Source: Octopus bimaculoides (Eukaryota). Taken from it: a stretch of 55,300 bases of DNA. The position numbers and the translations under genes are program-made. The notes beneath the pieces were generated by a model that did not search any database, was not told the origin of the DNA, and saw nothing but the letters and a program-made list of their open reading frames with translations. The stretch lies in assembly GCF_001194135.2 (NCBI RefSeq), contig NC_068981.1, positions 94,550,756-94,606,055 on the forward strand, read 5' to 3'. Below are positions 1 through 10,545 of the stretch, one piece after another (position 1 is the first letter of the stretch; each line of letters starts with the position of its first letter).

Positions 1-200
1 TGTATGTATGTATGTATGTATGTATGTGCGTGTACATGTGTGCGTGTATGCATCTGTGTACATGCGTATGCATGTGTGCATGCCTATACACATGTATGTA
101 TATATGTATATATGTATGTATGTGAGTATGCACGTATGTACTTATGGATGTACGTGAGTAATAGGGTAAGTGTGTAGACGTGTGTGTGTGTGTGTGTGTG
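1..200. repeat. (TGTA)n/(TG)n low-complexity microsatellite tract
   Basis: Direct reading: tgtatgtatgta... grading into (tg)n. Confidence 0.9.
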
Positions 201-349
201 TGCATATGTATGTACATGTGAATGTATGTTTATGTACTGATATGTGCGTCAGTTCAAGTTGTATACATGACAGTTACTTTGTTGAAGGTTGTATATACGC
301 ACATATATACATATGCATATACACATATGTAAACACGCACACACATATA

Positions 350-646
350 TGCGGGAGTATTTGCCGAGATAACTTGAGGTCAAGGGAATATTCAACAATA
401 GTTGATCTTCATAAAATAGATAGTGTGAACTGCACTTGAAAAACAACTGATTGGAAAATGAGTATGTTTGTATGTGGATCTGTGTGTACGAGATCCACGC
501 ACAAAACATACTCATACATAACCTGTTGACTTGATAATTTTCCAACCAGTTGTTTTTCAAGTGCAGTTCACACTATATAGTTTATGAGGATAAACTAATG
601 TTGAATATTCGCTTGAGCTCAAGTTATCTCGGCAAATACTCACGCA
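350..646. mobile_element. Fold-back/MITE-like element, ~110-bp inverted arms with an internal hairpin
   Basis: 350-459 is the reverse complement of 537-646 with scattered mismatches (the ORF track shows the same peptide FFKCSSHY...SSYLGKYSR on both strands). The spacer holds a second hairpin at 459-514. Confidence 0.8.
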
Positions 647-670
647 CACGTGCAGCTGTTTGTGTGTGTG

Positions 671-705
<35 letters not shown>

Positions 706-725
706 GNNNNNNNNNNGTGTTTGTG

Positions 726-760
<35 letters not shown>

Positions 761-923
761 GAGTGTAAACTAGGTTCTCTCTATTGATTTAAACTCACGC
801 ACTCGCACAGTACCCAAACAGAAACACATTCTCGCACACGTATAAATGAGTAAATTTAGAATTATGCACATTCACATACATACATACATACATACATACA
901 TACACACACAAAAACTTTTATCA

Positions 924-1110
924 CCTACTCGTTTCAGTCATTGAACTGCGGCTATGCTGGGCCCCCAGTACCTATTTTTTAAAGTTTATTACGTATTCCA
1001 TCGGTTTTTTTTTCCGAACCGCTAAAGTTACGGGGACGTAAACAAACCAACATCGGTTGTCCAGCGGTAGTGAGTGGCAAGTACAGACACAAAGACACAA
1101 CGACACACAG
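924..1110 (-). mobile_element. CORE-type SINE, 3' part
   Basis: Reverse complement of the 4960-5303 family (gtttcagtcattgaactgcggctatgctgg; ccgaaccgctaaagttacggggacgtaaac). Confidence 0.75.
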
Positions 1111-1199
1111 ATAGATACATATATACACACACATAACTTTCTATGTATGTATGTATGTATATATGTATGTATGTATGTATCTATCTTCCTTCTCTCTCC

Positions 1200-1202
<3 letters not shown>

Positions 1203-1266
<64 letters not shown>
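1203..1266. repeat. (CA)n microsatellite
   Basis: Direct reading. Confidence 0.95.
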
Positions 1267-1269
<3 letters not shown>

Positions 1270-2564
1270 CTCTGACTAAAACAAAATAAAATGAAAATTT
1301 AAAGGTAGGGCTACAGCACAGCTTCTTCAGTGATGGACAAAAAATGATGAGAACTGGTGGATATAGAAAACCCCCCGAGCAACTAGGGAGAAAGTTTGAC
1401 CCGACAGCCTTTCCTCCGTCTCTCCAGTTCAGATGGTGAAATTGAGAGACTGTAAATAGAGTGTCGCTCCAATGCATTCAACTTCTGAGGTGCAAGAAGT
1501 TCCCCTTGAATTTGTAATGCATAAACACTCCAACCAGGCTAGTGACCTACGTGATGTCCGAGAACCCCATAGCCACACCAAACTCGCCTAACATGGTTCA
1601 CCTAGACCAAAGTTCCCCTTCACGAGAGAGAAGGATTCTCCTCTCTAATAGGATGTATTCTTTCTAGCAGTCTAATAATCTGGTTGAGTAAAATACGGAG
1701 GTTGACCTCGCATTTCTCATCAAGAATCTTGCAAAACAAATACAAAAGCAAAATTTTGGTAACTCAAGTGCAAGTGAAACCCTTCTGTGTGTAAGCAAAG
1801 GAATGCTTACATTTGAGGAATTGGGTCTATTCTAGCAATAAGATTCAGTTAAAGTTATAGTATAAACAGCCAATGATAGCCGTTACATAATTCTGTACTT
1901 TAGTTTTCTATTCACTGTTTCAGTATTTTCTCATTATTTCAAATATCTGTTAATCTTCTCTGGGCTTTGTATGACTGCTAATCTGACCATTCTTCTCTAG
2001 CATCGCGCTCTTTGAATCTTATAGAATTATCCATATATTGCTTTTAATAGAAGAAAATAAGACATTTTAAGTTTGACTGAAAATTGAAGAAAAGAAAAAT
2101 AGATTTGTTAATTTTGTTTTCTACTTGATGATTGTGAGTCACGCGCTAGTTCTGGAGCACATCTTCTAACTAATGATCATGTTTATTATGATGAAGATTA
2201 GCATGATTATAATTAGAGTAGGTACTGAAGTGGTGTAGGATTAAATACCCTGCATTATTCTTCTCTATGAGTCCAAAACCCAATAGAGTCAACTTTCTTT
2301 TACACCCTTCTAGGGTCAATAAAAACGTACTATTTATATTATTTGGGGATTAACTCAAGCGGTTATGCTTCTTCTCTAAATTGTGCAATCCTAATGATAA
2401 ATGCAATACAAATTCAACTATTTCAAACGACTTGCATCTAATATGAAAAGTGAAAGCTCTGTTCCTTACTTTTGGGCATATACACGGATTTCATTATTAT
2501 TCTATGAAGACGAGATGAAATGAAACGAGATGATAGCAAATGATATCTTATTTCTCAAACATAA

Positions 2565-2775
2565 AAGCAGAGAACTGGCAGGAACGTTAGCATGCCGGAC
2601 TAAATGTTGAGCGGCATTTCTTCTGCTTTACGCTCTGAATTCGAATTTCCCCGTGATCGACTTTGTCTTTCATATTTTCGTGGTCAATAAAGTATCAGTT
2701 GAGCAGTGGGGTCAATATAATCAACTAGTCCCCTCACCCAAAATTTCAGTCTTTGTGCCTATAGTAGAAATGAGT
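2565..2775 (+). mobile_element. tRNA-derived SINE family 1 (tail type b), degenerate
   Basis: Head ctggcaggaacgttagcatgccgg, B-box-like ctgaattcgaat, tail aaaatttcagtctttgtgcctatagtagaaa; homologous to 14858-15070. Confidence 0.75.
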
Positions 2776-4139
2776 ATAAGAATCACTGGGTACAAATAAA
2801 TTCATGTCTGATCAAAACCCAAACGCAGTTTTGGTTACTGGCAAGAAGTGTTTCTCTTGCGTCTCTTATAGCCAAAAGTCACAAACGTTACATATTTCGT
2901 ACCTCTATAAAACTAAGAGCTCATTAATTATTTATATAAGATATTACACAGCAGTTTTCTCGTTACACATTTTTTTGATCATTTGTTTCATTGTTGTTTT
3001 CTGAAGCTTGTGATTCATTCATGTGACCATGCTACGCATGGCCCAGGTTTGAGAAACAAATATAAATTTAGTTACAAAATTATGCAAAAAATTGTTAGAA
3101 GATTTGCTTGTTTTGTATGTTACATTTATATAATGCGTTAATTAGATCTGATGTTTGTGATTTATCGACGAGGAAAAGAATGGGGATATGTTAAAAGTAC
3201 TGCGACCTGTTTGAACTAAAGAAGAAATAAACAACATTTACAATTGTCGTGTGAAATAAACTAGAGAACAGCTAAGGCACGTGCAAATTTTTTAAACAGG
3301 TTTGCTAATTGAAGTTGTTTTCAAAATATATTTAATCCGTCGTGAATGTGGGAAAATGTCTTTTTACAGGTGCATCAGTTTGTCTAAAAAAAATGTCTGT
3401 ATAGTCTAATGAATGAGTTGGGGATTCAAGGTTTTATGTTGGCCTAATGTTGATTCTATTTTCGCTGAGTTGTCTGATGTCATTTAACGGTGGGGGACAA
3501 CGTTCCCTATATTTATACGTACATACACACGTACATAGAAAGCGAACAAAAAATACTGCTTTGTAGTAGAAGTCAGCTGTCTAGCAAATGTGAGTGCTTT
3601 GCCTAAATTACTATGGCGAATTGACAGAGTATCTCAATTTTTTAAAACTCTAACTATTCTTCGGGTAACGCAAATACGGTTTGGACACCTGTGTTCCGAA
3701 TAAAATTAATAGAACCACCTGATGCTTAAAAGTTTATTTCCTGAATTTCACCATTAGACAATGGTGCAAAAGGATATGTAAGAAATTGCTTATGTAATTA
3801 TTTCTAAATGATGAATTTTCTAAAAAAGAACAATGAATAGGAATTTACAGCCGTCAATTAGAGAGGCGGCAAATACATGTAAAACATATTTCTCAGATTA
3901 GAAACCCTTTTCGGGGATACATTACAGAAATTATGACACAAAATATGTGAAAAAAAAAAAGAAAAAAAATCCACAGTAATTTTAAATACTGGGAAAAGAT
4001 GAAATCAATAACATAGACTGAAACATATTCTACAGCTCAGTGGGGATTTGAAAAGTTTATCAAAAGTTTTCCTTGTTCTTATAACTCTGAGCGATCAGAC
4101 CTATTTCAATTACATAATATATTGTTCTATATGTGCCTG

Positions 4140-4309
4140 GAATTCAAAGGGCCAGCCTTGTCACACTGTGTCACGCTGAATATCCCCGAGAACTATGTTA
4201 AGGGTACACGTGTTTGTGGAGTGCTCAGCCACTTGCACGTTAATTTCACGAGCAGGCTGTTCCGTTGATCGGATCAACAGGAACCCCCGACGTCGTAAGC
4301 GACGGAGTG
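4140..4309 (+). mobile_element. SINE 3' tail module (headless copy) shared by two SINE heads
   Basis: ttcaaagggccagccttgtcacac...gtcgtaagcgacggagtg matches the tails at 9854-10030, 26830-27017 and 31210-31400. Confidence 0.85.
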
Positions 4310-4959
4310 AGTGTTCTATATACGTCATGCCTCAGTCTGATTGAGGACCATTCCGTCTAGTCGGACAGGTCATCAATTTAATATGTAACTTGTCACCAAT
4401 CTAATATACTGTTTGTATACTAGTTTTCTATTTTTGTTTTTTAGTTTAAGTTTGCAGGATATGATTTGAGAAAGATTTGGTTGTTAATTCTAGTAGTTCG
4501 AACGATCTCATATGGGCCCACGGTTGTTGTTTAGGTCTAAGTCAGCTCTAAATAAGCAGACTTAAAAGCATTCCAGCAGTGACCATCCCGTCTTTTCCCC
4601 ATGTACAGGGGACTCAGGAACACACTATTTGGTATATCCTTTTCTAAGACGGTAAGGTTTGATTTGAGGGTGATTTGGCTGCTATTTCTAGCAAGTCGAA
4701 CGTCTGGGTGAAGACATACTTGTTGGCTCTAGATATTTAGCATGTGTTGGAGCTGTTGTTCAACGATGCTTGAGAGAATATGATGGTGCGTGAGCTGGTC
4801 TGTGGAAATGTGAGCATAAGTAAAAAGAATAGATGTTGAGAAGTTTCAGTTCTGGATATATTATTCTTGTGCATGAGATTGACTTTCTGACCTGAGAGGT
4901 AAGTTCTCTCGCAGTTTTTGTGTCGTTTCTTAAAAAAGTGATGATTATATTGGTTTTAA

Positions 4960-5303
4960 GTGGCATCTTGGGCAAGTTTCTTCTACTATAGCCTCGGGCC
5001 GACCAAAGCCTTGTGAGTGGATTTGGTAGACGGAAACTGAAAGAAGTCCGTCATATAGATGTATATATATATGTATATATGTGTGTGTGTGTGTATGTTT
5101 GTGTCTGTGTTTGTCCTCCCAACATTGCTTGACAACCGATGCTGGGTGTGTTTACGTCCCCGTAACTTAGCGGTTTGGCAAATGAGACCGATAGAATAAG
5201 TACTAGGCTTCCAAAGAATAAGTCTTGGGGTCGACTAAAGGCGGTGCTCCAGCATGGCCACAGTCAAAAGACTGAAACAAGTAAAAGAATAAAGAGTAAA
5301 GAG
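4960..5303 (+). mobile_element. CORE-type SINE (5'-truncated) with internal (TA)/(TG) microsatellite
   Basis: gtggcatcttgggcaagtttctt resembles the CORE motif gtgaccttgggcaagt; further copies at 20051, 27318, 30575, 44324 and 50122. Confidence 0.8.
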
Positions 5304-5329
5304 TGAGGAATAGAATCAAATGATTTGTG

Positions 5330-6560
5330 GGACCAAGTCTTATGTTGCCTATGTGGGGCGATATGAGTTATAGTGTAAACGCATGTTGCGACCTGGAAAG
5401 AGGAGTGCGACAATGAGTCATTTAAGCGTTTTTGAAGGAGTGTGAAGAAATGTAATGGGTTTGGGTGATGTTGATTGATTCGGAATTTTTATATTCCCAA
5501 AATTCCAGCTTTTTGCAGTGTGGTATTGTTGCTCTGAACGAGTACATTTATGATCAAAGTTATTACATCCGTGACAGTCCCATCTTTTTGTATCTCTACT
5601 ACATTCTCAAATGTGTTCTCTTTTAAAAAAACAATGGCGCGCAATTTGATGGATATTTGTTTGGTATTTGCAGCAGAACAAATGACTGTGTAGAGCAGAG
5701 GTTTTCAAACTGTGGTCCGCGGACCACAGGGGGTCCGCAAGGACAAGACAGGGGGTCCGTGGACAGCAAATACTTTTTATGGGCAATTTGATTTTATATA
5801 TGTTTTTTAATCGAAATCTTTTAATTGACAACAAACCTATTTGTTTAAAACTGTTAATAAATAAATGTAAAAATATATGTTATTTTAAGCAAATATTTAT
5901 GTATAAATTTTATAAGCGTTTATAAGGGGGTCCCTAAGGTAAAGCCTGAAATATAAAGGGGTCCGCAAGTCAAAAAGTTTGAAAAACCCTGGTGTAGAGG
6001 CTCTGGTTGTTTCTATAGTGTGGTATTGAAGACATATGCACTCATTTCTTCAGCTCCTTAAGTGTTTTAGGTATGTTAGAGATTTTGTCACTAAGAGCTT
6101 TTTATTTTGTATATGTATATATATAATTTTTAAAATCTCTATTGCTTTTCCGGTATTTGATGGAAGGAAAAGTGTTTGATAAGCGACTTTTCCTGCATGT
6201 GGTGTGTAACTTTATTACTTGAAGTTATTTTGACATGGAATGTGGCGTGCCTGTTACACTTGTTTATGCTGCTAATGACTTCATATAGCTTTTACTGTCT
6301 ATTTTGTGATTGGTGTTAGATACTAAATATTTAGCATTCTTTGTTTTTACTTTCTTTGTTGCTTCGTAACTTCCCTGTTTGGTTGCCTAAAGCTGAGTTT
6401 TATTTCCTGTTGCATGGTATTTCGGGATTGCATCTGAAGTTATCTCTGGTTATATTGAGTTGACTATGGACATGGTTTTTAAAGCATCATCTATTACTTT
6501 GTTGAATATATGTATATCCTACAATTAGTGTTCTAGTGAATGTTATGCTGGTAAAATTTG
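5330..6560 (-). mobile_element. Possible decayed LINE remnant interrupted by the hAT MITE
   Basis: Minus-strand A/C-rich coding-like composition with fragmentary open frames; no diagnostic motif recognised. Confidence 0.3.
5696..5991 (+). mobile_element. hAT (Buster/Charlie-type) non-autonomous element
   Basis: Ends CAGAGGTTTTCAAAC...GTTTGAAAAACCCTG; perfect 8-bp TSD GTGTAGAG (5688-5695 and 5992-5999); internal palindrome ctgtggtccgcggaccacag. Confidence 0.93.
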
Positions 6561-6730
6561 CTAGTCACAATTTTCTCTCACTGGGATATTTTGAACTTTG
6601 GGAATGTTTTCGTTCGTTTATTTGTTTCTGTTTATCCCTTAGAAGATCCCCGATCGAGCAGACTATGATCAAAGGTAGTTCTGTCACAACTATCTCGTCG
6701 TTTTTCGTTCACAGTGAAAATATGACTACA

Positions 6731-6783
6731 TTATATAATGCAGGAAGCCCCCGCCCGCGGGCGCAGTTGCGCTCGCAGGCTGG
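6731..6783 (+). mobile_element. Helitron-like 3' terminus (GC hairpin + CTGG|T)
   Basis: Stem gcgggcgca/tgcgctcgc (6757-6776) followed by CTGG (6780-6783) then T. Confidence 0.4.
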
Positions 6784-7060
6784 TATACTTATATGTACAA
6801 TATATACTAAATTTTTCAATTATAAAATTTATATAATATTCGTATGCCTATTTACGAAATAAGTCGCGTTTCCACTACAACTTAAAACGGTTAGACTCGA
6901 ACAGAAAATCGTCCGGTAATTGCCATTTGTATGGAGATTTTGTTTTCACTATAAAACACATAATGCTAGGTTTGTACCACCCCCTATAGTATAGTTGAGA
7001 CTCAACTATACTCTAGCTGAAAAATATAGGCTACCTCATAAGTAATATAAACGTCTTAAA

Positions 7061-7282
7061 GGGTGGCAAGCTGGCAGAAGCGTTAGCACGCCGGTCGAAA
7101 TGCTTAGCGGTGTTTCACCTGCCGTTAAGTTCTGAGTTCAAATTCCGCCGAGGTCTACTTTGCCTTTCTTCCTTTCGGGGTTGATTAAATAAGTACCAGT
7201 TACGCACTGGGGTCGGTGTAATCAACTTAATCTCTTTGTTTGTCCTCGCTATGTTTAGCCCCCTGTGGGCAATACAGAAATA
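7061..7282 (+). mobile_element. Full-length tRNA-derived SINE family 1 (tail type a) with 17-bp TSD
   Basis: tRNA-like head, gagttcaaattcc B-box; flanks aatataaacgtcttaaa (7044-7060) and aatataagcgtcctaaa (7283-7299), 15/17 identical. Confidence 0.9.
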
Positions 7283-7559
7283 AATATAAGCGTCCTAAAT
7301 TCAGTGGTGGCGTTAATGAAGATGTTACGCGTCAATTTAATGTCTTAAACTTATCTTTATTATACATAGATATATAAAAGATTTACACAGATATAAGAGT
7401 TAGAACTTCTAATCCACCCGCAGACCATTTTCTTTGGAAATTTTTGCCCACCGCACTAAAAATTTCCCCACCCCTTATATAATGAGTCATGCATTTTTAA
7501 GACGCTCATTTGGAAGAGATTTGACTACTATTCCTTAGATGAGTTTTCGTCAACTCATA

Positions 7560-7960
7560 CTCATGTTTTTAATACGTGAATGTATTGTGATATTGGTGAG
7601 TAGGTAGTCGATAAGTACTCAGAAGAGAAAGTTATATTTGGAGACGAGTAATTGTAGATGGATTTGTAAAGATATCTGTATATGCTGTAAAGGTATGTGT
7701 ATATATCACCATGTCTCATCTTGCTTGTATGAACTGATTTGTGTTTATACAAAAATGTGCCGTGTGGTGGTGTGCATTGAAGTATTTCCTAATAATGTCA
7801 TTTTGGATTGTGTTTAGATATTGTAGTTGAAGCATGTCGCTTTGTAGGGCGCTTAGTGAAGCATGGTTTTTGAAAGCGGTATGTATATTTATGTTGCTAG
7901 TCTAGTCGTGTCTTGTTAGTATTTGTGATTCCGTTATATACAATATATACTTATGTAACG
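7560..7960 (-). mobile_element. Possible decayed LINE RT C-terminal fragment
   Basis: Minus-strand translation includes LQYLNTIQNDIIRK, reminiscent of the LQ.IQN..LR motif after LINE RT domains; many stops. Confidence 0.3.
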
Positions 7961-8069
7961 AATATTATAGAATCTACACCGTAGTGGTGAATTTTTTTGA
8001 CTCACAAAGATATTTTTTGTACTCCTTCCATAACCCACAATTGATCTGCATATAGATAAGTTTGCCTAG

Positions 8070-8610
8070 CATTCAAACGATAACAATAACAACGACGACG
8101 ACGACAACAACAACAGTAGTGCTTTCAAATTTTGGTGCGAGGCCAGCAAGTTTTGGGAGGAGGGTGTAAATCGATTACATCGACTCCAGTGCCCAGCTGT
8201 TACTTTATCGATACCCGAAAGGAAGAAAGGCAAAGTCGACCTCAGCGGAATTCGAACACAGAACGTAAGGACGAACGAAATGTCGCTGAGCATTTTAGCC
8301 GGCGTACTAATAATTCTGCTAGCTCGCCGCGTTAATAATAATAATGAAGATGATAACAATAATAATGATTTTTTTCTACTAAAGGCACAAGGCCTGAAAT
8401 TTTGGGGGAGGGGGACTAGTCGATTACATCGACCCTAGTGTTTCACTGATACTTAATTTATCGACCTCGAAAGGATGAAAGTCGACCTCGGCAGAATTTG
8501 AACTCAGAACGTAAAGACACACGAAATGCTGCTAAGCATTTTTCCTGGCGTGCTAACGATTCTGCTAGTTTGCCACCTTAATAATAATAATAATAATGAT
8601 AATTATTATT

Positions 8611-8703
<93 letters not shown>

Positions 8704-8854
8704 TCAAATTTTTGCCATAAGGGCAGCTTGGGGGAGGTGAAGATGAATCGATTACATCGACCCCAGTGTTTAACTGGTACTCAAAACGTAGCCACGGGCA
8801 AAATACCGCTAAGCATTTCATCCAGCACACTAACGATTCTATCAGCTCGTCGCC

Positions 8855-8904
<50 letters not shown>

Positions 8905-8905
8905 C
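8070..8905 (-). mobile_element. Stack of three family-1 SINEs (approx. 8123-8333, 8368-8579, 8703-8856) embedded in (AAT)/(CAT)/(TAT) arrays
   Basis: Three same-orientation copies ending ...ctgctagctcgccgc separated by trinucleotide tracts; the third copy is internally deleted. Confidence 0.88.
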
Positions 8906-9294
8906 TTGTGTTTTTCTCCGTGACAACATATGAATGAGAAAGGAAAGATAAATAAATAAAGAAGGAAGGGCGATGGCAAATTGGTAGTGGGAGCGTTTCA
9001 ACTCTGTGTGAGTACATGTGTGTGTATGTAAAAGGGAGGTATGTGTATGTGTGTGTAATGGAAGTGGGATGGTGAACACCCAACGCTGAAAAGAAAAATC
9101 AAACAGCGTTTCAACTGTGTGAGTATATGTATGTGTGTGCGTGTACAAGAGAAGTATGTGAATGTTTGTATATGTGAACTAGCGTTCTTTCAGTAATTAA
9201 CGATGACCGATGTCACATCTCAAAATACACCACTAGATAACATTGACAAGTGTATTAATTTGATTTACCATCCATATTCTATCTTTTGTCCTTA

Positions 9295-9351
9295 TTTATA
9301 TATAAAATACTACAATTCGCCGTCATTTTTGACGGCACGGGGCCCAGCTAG
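9295..9351 (+). mobile_element. Helitron-like element or 3' terminus (hairpin + CTAG|T)
   Basis: Stem gccgtca-tttt-tgacggc (9319-9336), 11-nt spacer, CTAG (9348-9351), then T; A|TTTATATATAAAA upstream resembles a Helitron 5' end. Confidence 0.55.
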
Positions 9352-9361
9352 TAATAATAAT

Positions 9362-9485
9362 ACTTTAGGCACAATGCCTGAAATTTCACGAGCGTGGGGT
9401 TAATCGTTTACATCCACCCGGCATTTCACTGGTACTTTACTTTATCGGCATCGGAAGGATAAAGGGCAAAGTTGAACTCGATAAA
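9362..9485 (-). mobile_element. Family-1 SINE, partial
   Basis: aggcacaatgcctgaaattt...ggtactttactttatcggcatcggaaggataaagggcaaagttg. Confidence 0.7.
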
Positions 9486-9853
9486 TAATTGTCAAAAAGT
9501 ATTTCCAAAATCCGAGTTGTCTTATCTGTTGCTAGGACATTGTTCTAGTATCTGCTTTGTAAGAAAATATCGAGTGACATTAAATTGTTGGCCGAATAGA
9601 GATAACTTTTTTCTAGAAGGGAACTTTTAATATTCTTGAGCTGAGACTTAGACATGAATTAAAATACTATAACCCGGTAGATAAATTTTGTATTTACTCC
9701 GCCAGTTTCTTCTAAAAAACCTATTATAACTTAGTATTTTATATATGACAATTTTACGATACTTCTCGACGTCGCTCGTGACATTCAGAGGGTGGGTTTT
9801 TAATTGTAGGACTCTACTGAATATTTTATTGCATTTTGTTCTCAACTGCGTTA

Positions 9854-10228
9854 GCACTCCGTCGCTTACGACGTCAAGGGTTCCAGTTAATCCGATCAAC
9901 GGAACAGCCTGCTCGTGAAATTAACGTGCAAGTGGCTGAGCACTCCACAGACACGTGTACCCTTAACGTAATTCTCGGGGATATTCAGCGTGACACAGTG
10001 TGACAAGGCTGACCGTTTGAATTACAAGTACAACGGAAACAGGAAGTAAGAGTGAAAGAAAGTTGTGGTGAAAGAGTACAGCAGGGTTCGCCACCACCCC
10101 ATGCCGGAGCCTCGTAAAGCTTTAGGTGTTTTCGCTCAATGAACACTCACAACGCCCGGTCTGGGAATCGAAACCGCGATCCTATGAACGCAAGTCCGGT
10201 GCCCTAACCACCAGGCCATTGCGCCTCC
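9854..10228 (-). mobile_element. Full-length tRNA-derived SINE (head B + shared tail)
   Basis: Minus strand starts ggaggcgcaatggcctggtggttaggg with B-box ggtttcgattccc; same head at 35241-35436; tail as 4140-4309. Confidence 0.9.
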
Positions 10229-10301
10229 GTTCTGAACTGTATACAGCTTTTAAATGTATTTTGTTCCAGTGCAATAACTTTTTGCATTGTGAACCTTATC
10301 T

Positions 10302-10545
10302 TTTCCGACTGTGAACTTCCTCTATTTCATTTGTGACCTTCCTCTTTTCCGACTGTAGATTTCCTCTTTTCCTACCGTAAGCTTCCATTTTACTGACTAC
10401 AAACTTCCCCTTTTCTGATTGTGAATCTGATCTTTGCGGAGAATATTGTCTTTCCTGACAGTGAACATCCTTTTTACTAATTGTGAACACCATCGTTCCA
10501 ATGCTGAACTGTCTTTGTGAATGTGAACATCCTTCCCGACTACGA
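10302..10545. repeat. Degenerate ~21-bp minisatellite (ttccgactgtgaacttcctct-like)
   Basis: Recurrent ttccgactgtgaac / tgattgtgaa / gacagtgaacatcc units. Confidence 0.6.

Noticed and set aside
3270-3900. Possible decayed Penelope RT (DFYYK/KQYFLF-like words on the minus strand; similar hints at 30740-31190)
   Set aside because: Only a few short words match, in inconsistent frames; this needs TBLASTN to be credible.
10302-10545. CRISPR-like array
   Set aside because: No constant repeat with unique spacers, a eukaryotic context and no cas genes.
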